From assembly GCF_964188315.1 (NCBI RefSeq), contig NC_135672.1, positions 12,958,001 through 13,022,000 of the forward strand: DNA of 64,000 nt, given 5' to 3'. Shown piece after piece: positions 49,236 to 62,673 of this stretch (positions within the stretch are counted from its first letter, which is position 1; the number at the start of each line of letters is the position of its first letter). A model generated the notes under the pieces. It saw only the letters and a list, made by a program, of their open reading frames with translations, was not told where the DNA came from and did not search any database. Origin of the DNA: Podarcis muralis (taxonomy: Eukaryota). The translations under genes were made by a program, and so were the position numbers.

Positions 49236-50109
49236 TTATCTGCTTTGAGCAAGTTTGTGAAGATGGGAGGTGTGCAAATTTGTTTTTGGACTTCAGTGCC
49301 AAAGGAATAATCAATAATCAAAAGGGGTTTGCGATTAACAAGGCAGCTGGTTTCCAAGTAAGTGATTTATTTATTTTTAATTCAAGTGCACCTCACCACC
49401 TCCAAGTTTTGTTAGGGGGGGGGGACATGCTTTGCTTGGGACCAGTTTCTGTGCACAAATCCAGCAACTGAAGCTTCAAACCCCCCCCCCCCCAATTTTT
49501 ACCTCCCCGGCAAATTACGTTTTTTCTCTGTCGAACTTCTGCATATTCTCAGTTGTTAAAACTACTGCGTCAGGACAAGGAAAGCAAAGAGAGGAGAGCC
49601 CCCGCCCCTCTTTTTCACCACTGGGGGGGGGGCATTTACCTTGCATTGTTGTGGTACCCAATTCAGGGAGCAGAATCAAGAAGGGCCAGTGGCTTTATTT
49701 TTGCCCCTTGTGGTCTCTGGCTAATTTAAATTGAACACTGCATGCCTTGAATCCATTTTTTGTGTGTGGGGGGGCTCTTTGCACTGCAATGAAGAATGTG
49801 CATGATCCAAAAAACAGCTGGAGACCCAAGTTTGGGAAACACAGTGGAAGGTCCCAGGGCTTACGTGCTGAACCGCCCCGAGACCTGCGGATATATAGTA
49901 CTGTATACACATAAGAATAAGAATAATACTTGTCTAAGGAGACGGGACTAATAAAGATAAATGTAAGTAGTATATATCAAAATATTGAAAATGCCTAAAT
50001 GATAATAATAACACTCGCCCTGGGAAATGGGACTAATATAGATAAATGTAAGTCGTATATCTTCTTTGGCGATCACTCGTACCTGAGCAAGATTGTCTCC
50101 ACCCCTGTC

Positions 50110-50774
50110 GTCCATCCCAGATACGGAGGTCCAGGCAGAGGGCCTTCTCGGTGGTGGCGCCCTGTGGAACGCCCATCAGATGACAAGGAAATAAACAACA
50201 ATCTGACTTTTAGAAGACATCTGAAGGCAGCCCTGTTTAGGGAAGTTTTTAATGTCTGATGCTTTGTCGTGTTTTTAATATTCTGTTGGGAGCCTCCCAG
50301 AGTGGCTGGGGAAACCCAGCCAGATGGACGGGGTATAAATAATAGGTACATAGGACCCTCGTACCTACGGACCCACCTCTCCTGGTATGCCCCACAGAGG
50401 ACCTTAAGGTCCACAAATGACAACACTTTGGAGGTCGCAAGGTGGTTAGATTGGTCTCAACTGGGGCCAGGGCCTTTTCAGCACTGGCCCCGACGTGGTG
50501 GAACGCTCTGTCCCAAGAGACCAGGGCCCTGCGGGACTCGACATCTTTCCGCAGGGCCTGCAAGACGGAGCTGTTCCGCCTGGCCTTTGGTTTGGACTCA
50601 GTCTGACCCTTCCGTTTCCCTCCCCTTATGGTCTTGATCTATGGGCTACTATTAAAATGAGGCTGCATTTTAAATTGCATTTTAATCTGTATTTTAAATT
50701 GGGGTTTTTTTCCCCCTTTTCCTATAATGTTTTTACTTGTAATTTTACTGGCGTTAGCTGCCCTGAGCCTGGGG
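50110..50774 (+). mobile_element. Two adjacent L2 3' fragments of different subfamilies, ending at an N gap
   Basis: The standard tail at 50115-50340 is followed by YLRTHLSWYAPQRTLRSTND... (a second subfamily). Confidence 0.75.
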
Positions 50775-51034
50775 NNNNNNNNNNNNNNNNNNNNNNNNNN
50801 NNNNNNNNNNNNNNNNNNNNNNNNNNNNNNNNNNNNNNNNNNNNNNNNNNNNNNNNNNNNNNNNNNNNNNNNNNNNNNNNNNNNNNNNNNNNNNNNNNNN
50901 NNNNNNNNNNNNNNNNNNNNNNNNNNNNNNNNTCGCCCAGGGAGACAGGACTAATAAAGATTAAATGTAGGTTATATATCTATCAAAATATTGAAAATGC
51001 ATCAAATAATAATAGCAGGAAGAGGAACTGATGA

Positions 51035-51277
51035 CCCTCCCAGGCCCCGCCCTCTCTCCCCAGGCCCCGCCCCCTTTGTGGGCGCGTCCCCTGACGCAAC
51101 AACGTCCCTCCTCCAGTCTCCGCCCCCTTTGTGGGCGTGTCCCTCCGCCTCTTCCGGCCGCTTGTCCCCGCTCGGCTCCCGTAGCCACGTCCGCTTCCGT
51201 CGCCGGGCGGAAGTGACGCGGCGGAGAGCGCGCCGGGGAGCGAGCGGCGGCCGAGAGGGGCCGGATCCGGCTCGGGA
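51035..51277 (+). promoter_or_regulatory. SLC35E1 CpG promoter
   Basis: Tandem GC boxes GGCCCCGCCC and ETS CGGAAGTG (about 51208). Confidence 0.75.
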
Positions 51278-51894
51278 TGGCGTCGTCCTCCTCGTCGCCG
51301 CTGCTGCCTCCGCCGGCCCTGCTTCCCCCGTCGCCCCCCCTCCCTCCCGGCGCGTCCCCGCCGCCCCCGGGCGCGCCCCCGCCGCCCCGCCCCCGAGGAG
51401 GAGGAGGCGCGCCCCCGCCGCCGGGGGTCTTCCGCGTGCCCGCGCTGTGCCTGGCCTGGTACGCGCTGAGCGCGGGCGGCAACGTGGTGAACAAGGTGCT
51501 GCTGGGCGCCTTCCCGAGGCCCGTCACCGTCTCCCTCTGCCACGTGCTGGGGCTGGTGGCGCTGCTGCCCCCCCTGCTGCGCGCCTGGCGCGTGCCCGCC
51601 GCCAGCCCCGCCCAGCTGCCCCCGCGCGCGTACCCCAGGCTCATCCTCCCGCTCGCCTTCGGGAAGTACCTGGCCTCCGTCTCCGCCCACGTCTCCCTCT
51701 GGAGGGTGCCCGTCTCCTACGCCCACACCGGTACGGGGGCGGGGCTCCGGGGCATGGGCAGAGGGCCTGGGGAGGGAGGGAGGGAGAAGGTGATGCTAGA
51801 ATGGCAGAATCGGGAGGGCACCCCCCACGGTCATCTAGTCCAGCCTATAAAGGGGGCAGGTCCTCTGCTGCTGGGAATGTGCAGAGTGCCTGGA

Positions 51895-51938
<44 letters not shown>

Positions 51939-54900
51939 AGTTGGTCGTAGAATGGCAGAATTGGGAGGGCACCCCCACGATCATTTATTCCAGCTCTATA
52001 AGGGGCGGCAGGTCTTCTGCACCATGCTTCTCCTGGGAATGTGCAGAGTGCCTGGAAAGAAAGAAGTTGATCCTAGAATTGCAGGATTGGGAGGGCACCC
52101 CCACAGGGGTCTCGCGCCCCCACAAAGGGGGCTGGCCCTCCACGTTCCTCCTCCCCAGTCTTCTCTTCCGGCTTCTCTTCTGCCTCTCTAACCTCCTTCT
52201 CCTTTCAGTCAAAGCGACGATGCCGATCTGGGTGGTGCTGCTGTCGAGAATCATCATGAAGGAGAAGCAGACAACCAAGGTAAGAGGGAGGAGGAGGGAG
52301 GAGGAGCGGTGGGCGAGACGTCACCCTTCTTTCTGCAGACAAACTCCCTGGCCCTGAATGGGGTGACTGTGCCCCTGAAGGACCAGGTGCGCAGCCTGGG
52401 GGTCATTTCAGACTCACGGCTGTCCATGGAGTCACAGGTCAATTCTGCCTCCAGGGCGGTTGTCTAACTCACCAGAGTGGTGCATGCTCTGGTTATCTCC
52501 CACTTGGGACTGCTGCAATGTGCTCTCTGGGGGGTCTCCTGTTGACGGTGACTCGGAAACTACCAACTAATCTAGAAGGCACCTCCCAGATTGGTGACGG
52601 TGGCGGCCGCTGGGACCATATTACCCCAGACCTGAAAAATCAACATTGGCTCACAGTACGTTTCCGAGCACAATTCATAGGGTTATTGCTGACTGTTAAA
52701 GCCCTAATCGGCCCAGTATACCTGAAGGAGTGTCTCCACCCCGGACACCGGGGTCCATCTCCCAAGGGCCTTCTGGCGGTTTCCTCCCTGCAAGAATTGA
52801 GGTTACGGGGAACCAGGCAGAGGGCCTTCTCAGTGGTGGCACCCTCCCATCAGATGTCAAGGAGATAAACAACTATCTGACTTTTAGAAGACATCTGAAG
52901 GCAGCCCTGTATCAGGAAGTTTTTAATGTTTGATGTTTCATCGTCTTTTTAATATTCTGTTGAGAGCTGCCCAGAGTGGCTGGGGAAACCGTGTCAGGTG
53001 GGCGGGGTACAACAAACAAGTTATTATTATCTTTGGGGTGGCGACTTCAAGGCGCTTCTTTCCCACCTGAAGTGCTTTTCCCCTCCTTCCTCCTCCCAGG
53101 TGTACTTATCCCTCATCCCCATCATCGGGGGCGTCCTGCTGGCCACGGTCACGGAGCTGTCCTTCGACACGTGGGGGCTCATCAGTGCCCTGGCTGCCAC
53201 GCTATGCTTCTCCCTCCAGAACATTTTCTCCAAAAAGGTACCGTCCACGTTGCCCCTTGCGTTCTGCTCAGCAGGGACAGCTGTGCCACGGGCCTCAGGG
53301 ACAGAAACCGGAATGGGTGCCTTGGGCCTGGGAATCTTTTGCCAGCCCAAAATCAGCCCCTGCCCATTCCAGCTAAATCACACTGGCGCTTGGGGTGCAG
53401 AAGAACCAGTGGTGCCCTGGTGGTGGTGGTAATTTGTGGAAGATAATAGGCATTGTATCCTAGAGTCTAGAGCGTTACCATCCTTGCACCCCTCCATTTT
53501 TGAGCATGTAAGATCCAAGATGCCCCTAATACAGTGGAACTTCGGTTTTCAAGCGTCGCGGGAGCCGAACGATTCGGAACTTGGACGCAGAAAACCCGGC
53601 CATAGTTGCTTCCGTTTTTGAACTCGCCTCGGAGGTCGAACTGGTTCCGAGGCGCGTTTGCTTCCGAGGCGCGTTGGAATTGCCGCCTGCCAGTTGTGCC
53701 TCGGTTGCCAAACGTTTATTGGAAATCAAACGGTCTTCCGGAACAGATTACGTTGGACGCCTGACTCCGTTATTCCTAGGAGAAATGCCCCTGGTCCTTT
53801 TGGGGGAAATGATCTGTTAGAACACGTTCGTTACAAGCCATCTCCCACAACCTCCCCATCATTTTCCCAGTGGAAGCGAGTGAGGCAGTGCTCTGTGTTG
53901 AAACAGAGACCGGCCTCTTTTTCCCTGTGGGTGCTGAGCAGGAGGGGGAAGGAAGTCGAAAGCGCCTGTCCCTGATCTCTTTCTCCGTCCTTGCAGGTGC
54001 TGAGGGACTCCCGGATCCACCACCTGCGCTTGCTGAACATTCTGGGCTGCCACGCGGTCTTCTTCATGATCCCCACCTGGGTCCTGGTCGATCTCTCCGC
54101 CTTCCTGGTCGAGAACGACTTGGTGAGTTCCCGGGGCGGGGAGCTCCTTTCCCTTCCTCTACGCGGGGCTCCCTTTGAAGGTGACCTGGAAACTACAACT
54201 AATCCAGAATGCAGCAGCCAGACTGGGGACTGGGAATGGAGACCATATAACACTGGTCCTGAAAGACCCACATTGGCTCCCAGGACGTCTCCGAGCACAA
54301 TTCAAAGGGTTGGTGCTGACCTTGAAAGCCCTAAATGGCCCAGTAGACCTGAAGAAGCATCTCCACCCCAGACACCGGGGTCCATCTCCCAAGGGCCTTC
54401 TGGCGGTTCCCTCCCTGCGAAAAGTGAGGGTGCAGGGAACCAGGCAGAGGGCCTTCTCGGTGGTGGCACCCGCCTATCGGATGTCAGGGAAATAAACAAC
54501 TACCAGACTTTTAGGAGACTTCTGAAGGCAACCTTGTTTAGGGATGTTTTTAATGTTTTATCGTGTTTTAAATATATTCTGTTGGAAGCCGCCCAGAGTG
54601 GCTGGGGAAGCCCAGCCGGATAGGCAGGGTATAAGTACAGTAGTACCTCGTTTTGCGACCGAGATCCATTCTGGAGCCCCAGTCACTGGCAAACCCCAGG
54701 ATGCTGGACAAAATGTTGCGCATGCGTGAGCAGCGAACCCGGAAGTAACCCGTTCCGGTACTTCTGGCTTTGCCACGGACGTCCGACGGAATGGGCGCTC
54801 GATGGGGTGGAGGTGCCACTGTAATAAATTATTACTATTATGTTTATTATTTCTGCCGGAGTCTCGACAGCCCCCGGGAGTGACCGCGGGGCTGGCGGGG

Positions 54901-55780
54901 AAACTCCCCGCTGTCCCTTGAACCCTGCCTCCCTTGCAGAGCTCGATGGCCCACTGGCCGTGGACCCTGCTCCTGCTCACCATCAGCGGCTTCTGCAACT
55001 TCGCCCAGAACGTCATCGCCTTCAGCATCCTCAACCTCATCAGCCCCCTGAGCTACTCGGTCGCCAACGCCACCAAGAGGATCACGGTCATCAGCGTCTC
55101 TCTGCTCATGCTCAGGAACCCCGTCACCTCCACCAACGTTCTGGGAATGATGACCGCCATCCTGGGAGTCTTCTTGTACAACAAGGTAGGCCTCGGCGGA
55201 GAACCAAACGGGCTCCTCTTTTTTTGGGGTGGGGAAGGCGGCACTCCCTGCTCGTGGTTCCCCAGTATACTGTCTCCGACAGTGGAGGGAGGGAGAGCGT
55301 TGCCTTCGTAGCCGATTGCCGTCAGTGATCTTCCCTTTCCATTCATCTAATCCCCCTTATTCTTGTTTTTATTTTGATTGTGTATTTCACGTTTTTGTCT
55401 TTGCCGTCCTCTTTTAAAATATAGAATATATATTAATATAGAGGGTTGGGCTGGATGACCTTTGGGGGAAACCTCCCGGTTCTCCGAAAGGGAGCCTGAC
55501 GGGAGCGCTGTTCTCCCCGCAGACCAAATACGACGCCAACCAGGAGAGGAAGAAGCAGCTGCTGCCCGTCACGACGGGAGACCTCCCCGGCGGCCTGGAG
55601 CGCCACAGGAGCCCCCCGGAGAAGAGCCAGAACGGACTTTCCTCCTTCCTGCACCACCACGGCGGGGACTTCCAGTACGGCAACCGGGGAGGGGGAGGCG
55701 GCGGCGTCCTGGCCGACCACTTCCAGTACAGCCGGCAGAGCTACCCCGCGATGTACAGCTCCAGCCGCTACGACATCTAG
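51277..55780 (+). CDS. SLC35E1: Solute carrier family 35 member E1 (triose-phosphate/nucleotide-sugar transporter family), 6 exons, 430 aa
   Basis: Exons 51277-51730, 52209-52279, 53100-53237, 53997-54122, 54940-55185, 55523-55780. Motifs: [68 protein letters not shown]. Confidence 0.97.
52335..53035 (+). mobile_element. L2 3' fragment with internal deletions in SLC35E1 intron 2
   Basis: [47 protein letters not shown] and the tail. Confidence 0.88.
53529..53755. mobile_element. Tc1/mariner-like MITE (truncated)
   Basis: TACAGTGGAACTTCGGTTTTC..., same family interior. Confidence 0.7.
54170..54632 (+). mobile_element. L2 3' fragment in SLC35E1 intron 4
   Basis: [12 protein letters not shown]...[14 protein letters not shown]...[11 protein letters not shown]. 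Confidence 0.88.
54636..54823. mobile_element. Tc1/mariner-like MITE
   Basis: TACAGTAGTACCTC...GAGGTGCCACTGTA. Confidence 0.82.
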
Positions 55781-56359
55781 CGAGAGGCTGGGTCCCGGCC
55801 GGCAGAACCCGGGACTCTCCGAGGACGGAGAAGGTTCCTCAAGCACCTGGGAGTGTATGTTTGTGGGCCGGGACTCCCCGTTTGCAGGAGGAGAGGAGGA
55901 CCGTGTGTGCACTTGGAACAGGAGGAGGAGGAGGAGGGCAGCTGCATGCTGATCAACTTTCTGCCCAGGGACACGGGTGCGGATCGCGGCAGAGCCCCCC
56001 GAGCCCAGCCTGGGCCTTTGCGGTTGCCCCTGAACCCGATGGGGGCAGCAGAAAGATGGCCAGTATTCTATTTTTCCTTTCCCCAATTACGGATTTTTGT
56101 TTTGTTTTCATTTGGGTTGCACTCGATGACTTTTTTATTGTTTCGGTTGCTTTGTCTGGCAGCCGCGCTGGCCTTTGCCAACCTGGTGCCCTCGGGGCGC
56201 TTCAGACACCCGTCAGCACCCGCAAGGCCCCTTGCGAGGCTCCGGGTCGGCCGAGGCTGAGCTCTGCTGCTGTTTTCAAAGTGCAATTTGCAAGAAGCGT
56301 CTTCCTCTCCTCCCGGCGGAGGAGCAGGCCGCTTCTTGTATCCCGCAGCCGTTGCGAGG

Positions 56360-56402
<43 letters not shown>

Positions 56403-58729
56403 CGAGTTTGTAGCCGCCTTCTGCTCCGGCTTGTGCCCGTCGCAAAGAGATACAGAGAGAGAGCGGCCATCTGTTTTAAAATAATAATCATGTTCCGCCG
56501 AGCGACGTGTGACAAATTTAGAGATGCGCTTCTTAAACGTTCCCTCTCCCTTCTCACGCCCCGATCCTGTTTTTTAAATCATGATGACGTCCCTGCCTGC
56601 AGCAAAACTGCTCATTTAGGAAAGGGCTCCTCTTTGGGGTTGCAAAACTACATTTCACCCCTTAAAAATGAATGGATTTGCCGGGCCCGTTAACTCTCAG
56701 TTAAGGCTGGCCTTGTGTCTGCGAAGTAGCACTGGGCAACTGGGAAGATTTAGAGCCAGCTTGGTTTCTTCCTCCCTGGAAGGAAAGGGGGTCCACTGCG
56801 GGTGGGGCCGTTAAGACGTCCAAGCCAGAAACCCCTTTTGTAATAAATCCGTGCGTAATTCTCTGCACGGTTCCATCCCATTTGCACCTTCGCTGTCCGA
56901 CACAGACCCCTCCTCTGCCTTCTCCTGCGTCCTGGAGCTGTTTTTCCCATCGGGGCTTTGTCTGAAATGAGTAGGTCTCTTCATCTGAGTTTTGTAATCA
57001 TGTTTCTGGCTTGGCCAAAGGGAAAGAGGGGGGGGAAGCTTCGGAGACCCCGAGACAGGAGGTCTCAAGAGACCAGCCCTCTTCCTCTGCCTTGGACACA
57101 AGCAGGGGAACAGTTTCACGCCTGTCCTCTCTGTTTTGCTTTCTACTTTCTAATACGTACACACCCAAAAAATGAGAGTCTCATTTCGGCAAGCAGCCTG
57201 GAGAGGAGAGGGAGCAAGCCGTAGGTGGGGAGTAGCTGCTTGCCGAGGCAGCAGAGGGTTCCGATGTGGGCAAACTTTGTGCCTTTCCCCTCAGATAACA
57301 TCCTCTCGCTTCATCTGGTGGGTTTCTTCTCCTCTCTCGGCGATGGCGAGATCCCTTCTTGGGAGAGCAGGACACCAGACATGGCGCCGAGCTTTTCCCA
57401 TTCAGAGCTCGCCTCTCCCCAAGGCGAGCAACTCTTCAAGAACGGCTTGTCTGCCCCAGTTGCCCCCCGAAGTCTCCTCTAGCCCCAGATCCAGCTGTCA
57501 AAGCCCACGTCATTGCCCCGTCCGGAACGACAGGGTTTTCCCCAGCCTTGTGGCAGTTCCGGTTCTTTTGCCGCCCCTCGTCCCGTTTGCCAGGGAGCAG
57601 CGTGTTTGCGTGTTGAGTGTGTTATATCTATAAGGGGAGGGAAGGCAGAGTGCTTGAGTCCTCCTGTATATATATATTCCGCCCGGATGTTGCCGTTTTA
57701 TTTGGTTTGGAGCGTGTCGTGAAACCTCTGCCCCTTCCCTGAAGAAGCAGAACCACCGCCTGGGGTGAAGGGTCTTGTTCAGAGAAGAATCGTCAATCAA
57801 TAATCTGCTTTTCAAAATCTCCGCGTCGACGGAGCATCGTGTTTTATTTTTGCGAAATTAACCGAAGTTTGATTCCCCACTCTTATTTCCTTTCCCTGCC
57901 GACCTGGCTGCGAAATGCAAACACTTCCTTTGCGGCCAGTTGGAGGTGTGGCCGGTGGTTCTTTCATGGCCAAAGCCCCCCCGTGGTCTCAGGTGACCTG
58001 GGAGAAAGCGATGGGCGAGGTGTAATGGGGTGTGTGGAGGCTGCGAGGTCCAGGACTTGGCCTGGGGAGGGCGGGGGGGATTCCCTCTTGCCTAAAATCA
58101 GCATCTTCAGGAGGGATATGGCAGAGCAGTTTATTAGTTGACTCTGCCCCCAAAACGAATACTCCAATCCGTCTCCTGCCTCTCCAGAGACAACCTGGTG
58201 CCTTGCAGCTGTTTTCCGAAGAGACTACAACTCCCATCATCCATAGCTAGCAGGACCAGTGGTCAGGGACGATGGGAGTTGTAGTCCAACCACAGCCGGG
58301 GAACGACCCAAGTTTGAGAAACTCCGGACCGGAGCCTCGGGTCATTTGTAAATTACGCGGGCGATTTCCGGAGGAAAGTTTCTTAATCGATAGGTGCAGG
58401 TGTACATGTTTTTAGCAACAGCGTCCCCTCCTGGCTCTTAAGTACGAGGAACTTCTTACAAGTTTGTTTCTTCTGATGTACAGGAACCGTGGTTCGTCTT
58501 TTTCTTTTTTAAGCCCCTGCAAACTTAAAAAAGGAAAGAAAGAAAAGTTAATGGTTTTCTTTTTTAAGCCTGCAAACTTAAAAAAAAAAGTTAAAATGGA
58601 AAAAAGGGTGTGTTGTAATTATGCTTTTAAAATATCAAAAATGTAAATAAACCCGAATTCTGCAAGAATCGAAACTTTCCCGCGTGGAGTCTTCTTGGCT
58701 ACGCCTATGGTCCAAACACCTGCATGGGA

Positions 58730-59885
58730 GACCAGGGCCGGATTTAGGTTTGATGAGGCCCCCAAGCTACTGGAGGTAATGGGGCCCTTTCTATGTCCAG
58801 CTGTCCTTTGTCAACAACAAATCGTCACTCTTTCTTGTGTTGAATAGATGCTATATCATAATTTATGGACCTAACAGGTATCTGCACCCATTTGCACATA
58901 ACAAAATAGGAGGCCACATAACACAAAACACTGTTGCTGTATGTAGGTTTTATTTTATTTGTTTTTTATATTTTGGAAATGTACATCCAGGTTGTTTTTT
59001 CCCCTTTAATTTTTTGGGGGTCCCAAGAGAGTGGGGCCCTAAGCTAGAGATTGTTGAGCTTAGACGTAAATCCAACACTGGCATAGATGGATAGATAGAT
59101 AGATAGATAGATAATATTTTGGAAATGTACATCCAGGTTGGTTTTTTTCCCTTTAATTTTTTGGGGGCCCCTAATTTTTTTGGTGGAGCCCTAAGGTAGA
59201 GCTAGTTTAGCTTATGCGTAAATCCGGCACTGGCATAAATAGATAGAAAGAAAGAAATATAGATCATTATTTTTTGGCAATGTACATCCAGTGTTTTTTT
59301 CCCTTTAATTTTTTGGGGGGCTCCCAAGAGAGAGGGGCCCTAAGCTAGAGCTAGTTTAAGGTAAAGGTAAAGGGACCCCTGACCATTAGGTCCAGTCGTG
59401 GCCGACTCTGGGGTTGCGGCGCTCATCCCGCTTTATTGGCCGAGGGAGCCGGCGTACAGCTTCCGGGTCATGTGGCCAGCAGGACTAAGCCGCTTCTATC
59501 GAACCAGAGCAGCGCACGGAAACGCCGTTTACCTTCCCGCCGGAGTGGTACCTATTGATCTACTTGCACTTTGACGTGCTTTTGAACTGCTAGGTTGGCA
59601 GGAGCTGGGACTGAGCAACGGGAGCTCACCCCGTTATTGCGGGGATTCGAACCGCCGACTTTCTGATCGGCAAGTCCTAGGCTCTGTGGTTTAACCCACA
59701 GCACCACCTGTGTCCCAGTAGAGCTAGTTTAGCTTATACTTAAATCCAACACTGGCAAAGAAAGAAAGAAAGAGAAAGAAAGAAAAAGGAAGGAAGGAAG
59801 GGAGGATTGGAAATGTCCATCCAGGTTGTTTCCCCCCCTTTAATTTTTTTGGGGGGCTGGTTAGCTTATTCCTAAATCCGGCAGG
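58730..59885. mobile_element. hAT-like element with a tandemly amplified terminal segment (related copies at 10345-10720 and 63730-64000)
   Basis: CCAGGGCCGGATTT start; about 5 repeats of TACATCCAG...CCCTTTAATTTTTTGGGGG...GCTAGTTTAGCTTA...AAATCC(G/A)(G/A)CACTGGC. Confidence 0.7.
59359..59718. mobile_element. Sauria SINE inserted in a hAT-like repeat
   Basis: Full-length consensus with 13-bp TSD TAGAGCTAGTTTA (59346-59358 and 59719-59731). Confidence 0.92.
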
Positions 59886-59899
59886 GCACCCTTGCCTCT

Positions 59900-60210
59900 A
59901 TCAAACCTCCGCGGAGCTTACGAGGACTCCCCTCGCAGCCTGATGAATGAGGCGCCGCTTCCTTATGAATGGGGCTGCGCGCGCAACTTCCCCTACTTCC
60001 CTCCCTCCCTCCCTCGGAATGGAACGCGGCGGGTGGGTGGGCGTGGCTCCGGTCTCCACGGCAACCGCGCTTGGCGGCGGGCACCGCCCCCTTTTTCAGC
60101 AGCCGCCGCGCTTGACGGCCGCCCAGGGCCTAGCCAGCCATTCGGAGGCGCCGCTCGAGTCGCCGCCGCCGCCATGGAGATGCCGCCGCCGCTGCCGCCG
60201 CCGCCCGAAG
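59900..60210 (+). promoter_or_regulatory. CHERP CpG promoter
   Basis: CpG-rich, with a strong Kozak GCCGCCGCCATGG at 60174. Confidence 0.7.
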
Positions 60211-60908
60211 GTGAGTCCCCCCCCACACACGCGGGGTGGGGGTGGGGGTCACGTGAGGGGGAGGGTGGGGGGTCTCCCTCTCCGGCACTCTGCGTATGCT
60301 CAGAGGTCCGCTTGGGGCAGGAGCACGAGGAGCCCCCCCCATTTCCCGACCCCCCCCTCGCCTCTTCTTGTGAGAGACCCCGAGGGGGGGGGAGAGGGGA
60401 AATAAAGGGGGGTCCCCTCCTTAAGCCACGCCCCCTACTCGGAGTAGACCCCCCCCAAAAAAAATAACAACCCCCCCCCCGCGCCCGAACTTGCATGTCA
60501 ATAGGTCTACTCTGAGTAGGGGAGACAGGTCGCGGGTGGGACCCGCAGGAACAGAGAGGGGTGGAAAGATAAGGGAATTGTAAAATCCGTTAAATTCAAT
60601 GTTCTGTAGAAGGAACTGAGTTGGAGAGACGAAACGATGAAATAGAACAAGTTAAGGGGGTGAGATCAACTGACCGTGGGCGGGAGGGGGGGACGGAGGG
60701 AGGAAAAGCGAAATGAAGTAGATATTAAATCAAATTAATAAAATAAAATAGTACAATACAGAAGAAGAAAAAAAGGATCGAAATCTTGCGCTTGGATGGG
60801 TGGGGGGGCAAGAGGAATTAGCCTTTGGCAGGTGCATTGGGGTCACACCGAGGGAGGGGCTGTGGGATTGAGACTCTATCTACCTACCTACCTATTTGTT
60901 GATAGCCC

Positions 60909-60957
<49 letters not shown>

Positions 60958-61033
60958 ATCTATCTATCTATCTATCTATCTATCTATTCTCATCCATCTC
61001 TCTATCATCTATCTATCTGTCGATCTCTCTCTC

Positions 61034-61064
<31 letters not shown>

Positions 61065-61187
61065 ATCTATCTATCTATTCTCATCCATCTATCATCTATC
61101 TGTCGATCTCTCTCTCATCTATCTATCTATCTATCATCTATCTATCTATTCTCATCCATCTATCATCTATCTGTCGATCTCTCTCTC

Positions 61188-61219
<32 letters not shown>

Positions 61220-61347
61220 CTGCCTGTCTTTCTGTCTTTCTTTCTATCTACTGATAGCCCCATATCTATCTATTTATCTATCTATTGATAGCCCCATATC
61301 TCTCTCATCTGTCTGTCTGTCTATCTATCTATCTATTGATAGCCCCA

Positions 61348-61391
<44 letters not shown>

Positions 61392-62624
61392 ATCTACAAT
61401 GGTACCTTGGTTTATGAACTTAATCCGTTCTGGAATTCCATTCTTGAACCAAAACTGTTCTTCCACCAAGGCGTGCTTTCCCATAGCAGCGGGGGACTCA
61501 ATTTACACTCAGCAGGAAGCGGAACGTGTTCTGCTTCCAAGGCAAAGCTCACAAACCAAAACACCTACTTCCGGGTTTGCAGCGTTCTTAATCCAAGTTG
61601 TTCATAAACTAAGCTGTTCTTAAACCGAGGCACCACTGGGGCTACCAATAACACTTTGGAAGGTGTTACTGCACGGTTGCAGGAAGGCTCCTGAGGCTTT
61701 TGTGCTAGTTTGCTCCCTGTGACCCAGCAAAGAGCTGAAAGTCAGGACCTTTTCTTTGACACAAGCCTTGACTGGTCCCCCCCAATTTCCTTCCCACCCC
61801 CTGGAACCCCAGACCAGGAGCTCCGCAATGTCATCGACAAGCTGGCTCAGTTTGTGGCGCGGAACGGCCCCGAGTTCGAGAAGATGACCATGGAGAAGCA
61901 GAAGGAGAACCCCAAGTTCTCTTTCCTCTTTGGGGGCGACTTCTACGGCTACTACAAGTACAAGCTGGCTCTGGAACAGCAGCAGCGTGAGTTTGGGGGG
62001 CCGGGGGGGTCGCTAGCGGGAGACTTTTTACTAGCCACAACTCTGTAGAACATTTTGAAATATCGGTATGGTGCGTATCAGTTTTCGAAGGGTGTGCCCT
62101 TGGCGGGGTGGAGAGAGGGGCTTCATGGGAATCCTTGGTTCTCTTCTGACCTTTTTTTGGGAAATAATTTCCTTCCCTTCCCTTTGAAAACCCCCCCCCC
62201 CCTTGCAAATTCTGGCCGGCCCTCCTTTTGGCCAACCTTTGCCCATGCAAATGTGAGTTTTGCTGCAGGGGCTCACGACCCGGCTCATCGCGTAGCAGTG
62301 GAGTTGTTTTGCCACCTTTTTTTTTTATAAAAAAAAGGGTTGGGACTGACCTTGAAAGCCCTAAATGGCCTCAAAGGCCCAGTAGACCTGAAGGAGCGCC
62401 TCCACCCCCATCGTTCAGCCCGGACACCGGGGTCCATCTCCCGAGGGCCTTCTGGCAGTTCCCTCCCTGCGAGAAGCGAGGTTACAGGGAACCAGGCAGA
62501 GGGCCTTCTTGGTGGTGGCCCCCACCCTGTGGAACGCCCTCCCATCAGATGTCAAGGAAATAACAACTACCTGACTTTTAGAAGGCATCTGAAGGCAGCC
62601 CTGTTTAGGGAGGTTTTTTAATCG

Positions 62625-62673
<49 letters not shown>

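Noticed and set aside
51277-52191. 304-aa single-exon version of SLC35E1
   Set aside because: Homology stops at the GT donor 51731. The remainder is intron 1 with (GAAA)n and a local tandem duplication.
60796-61623. Hydrophobic IYLS-repeat membrane proteins
   Set aside because: Translations of the (ATCT)n microsatellite.
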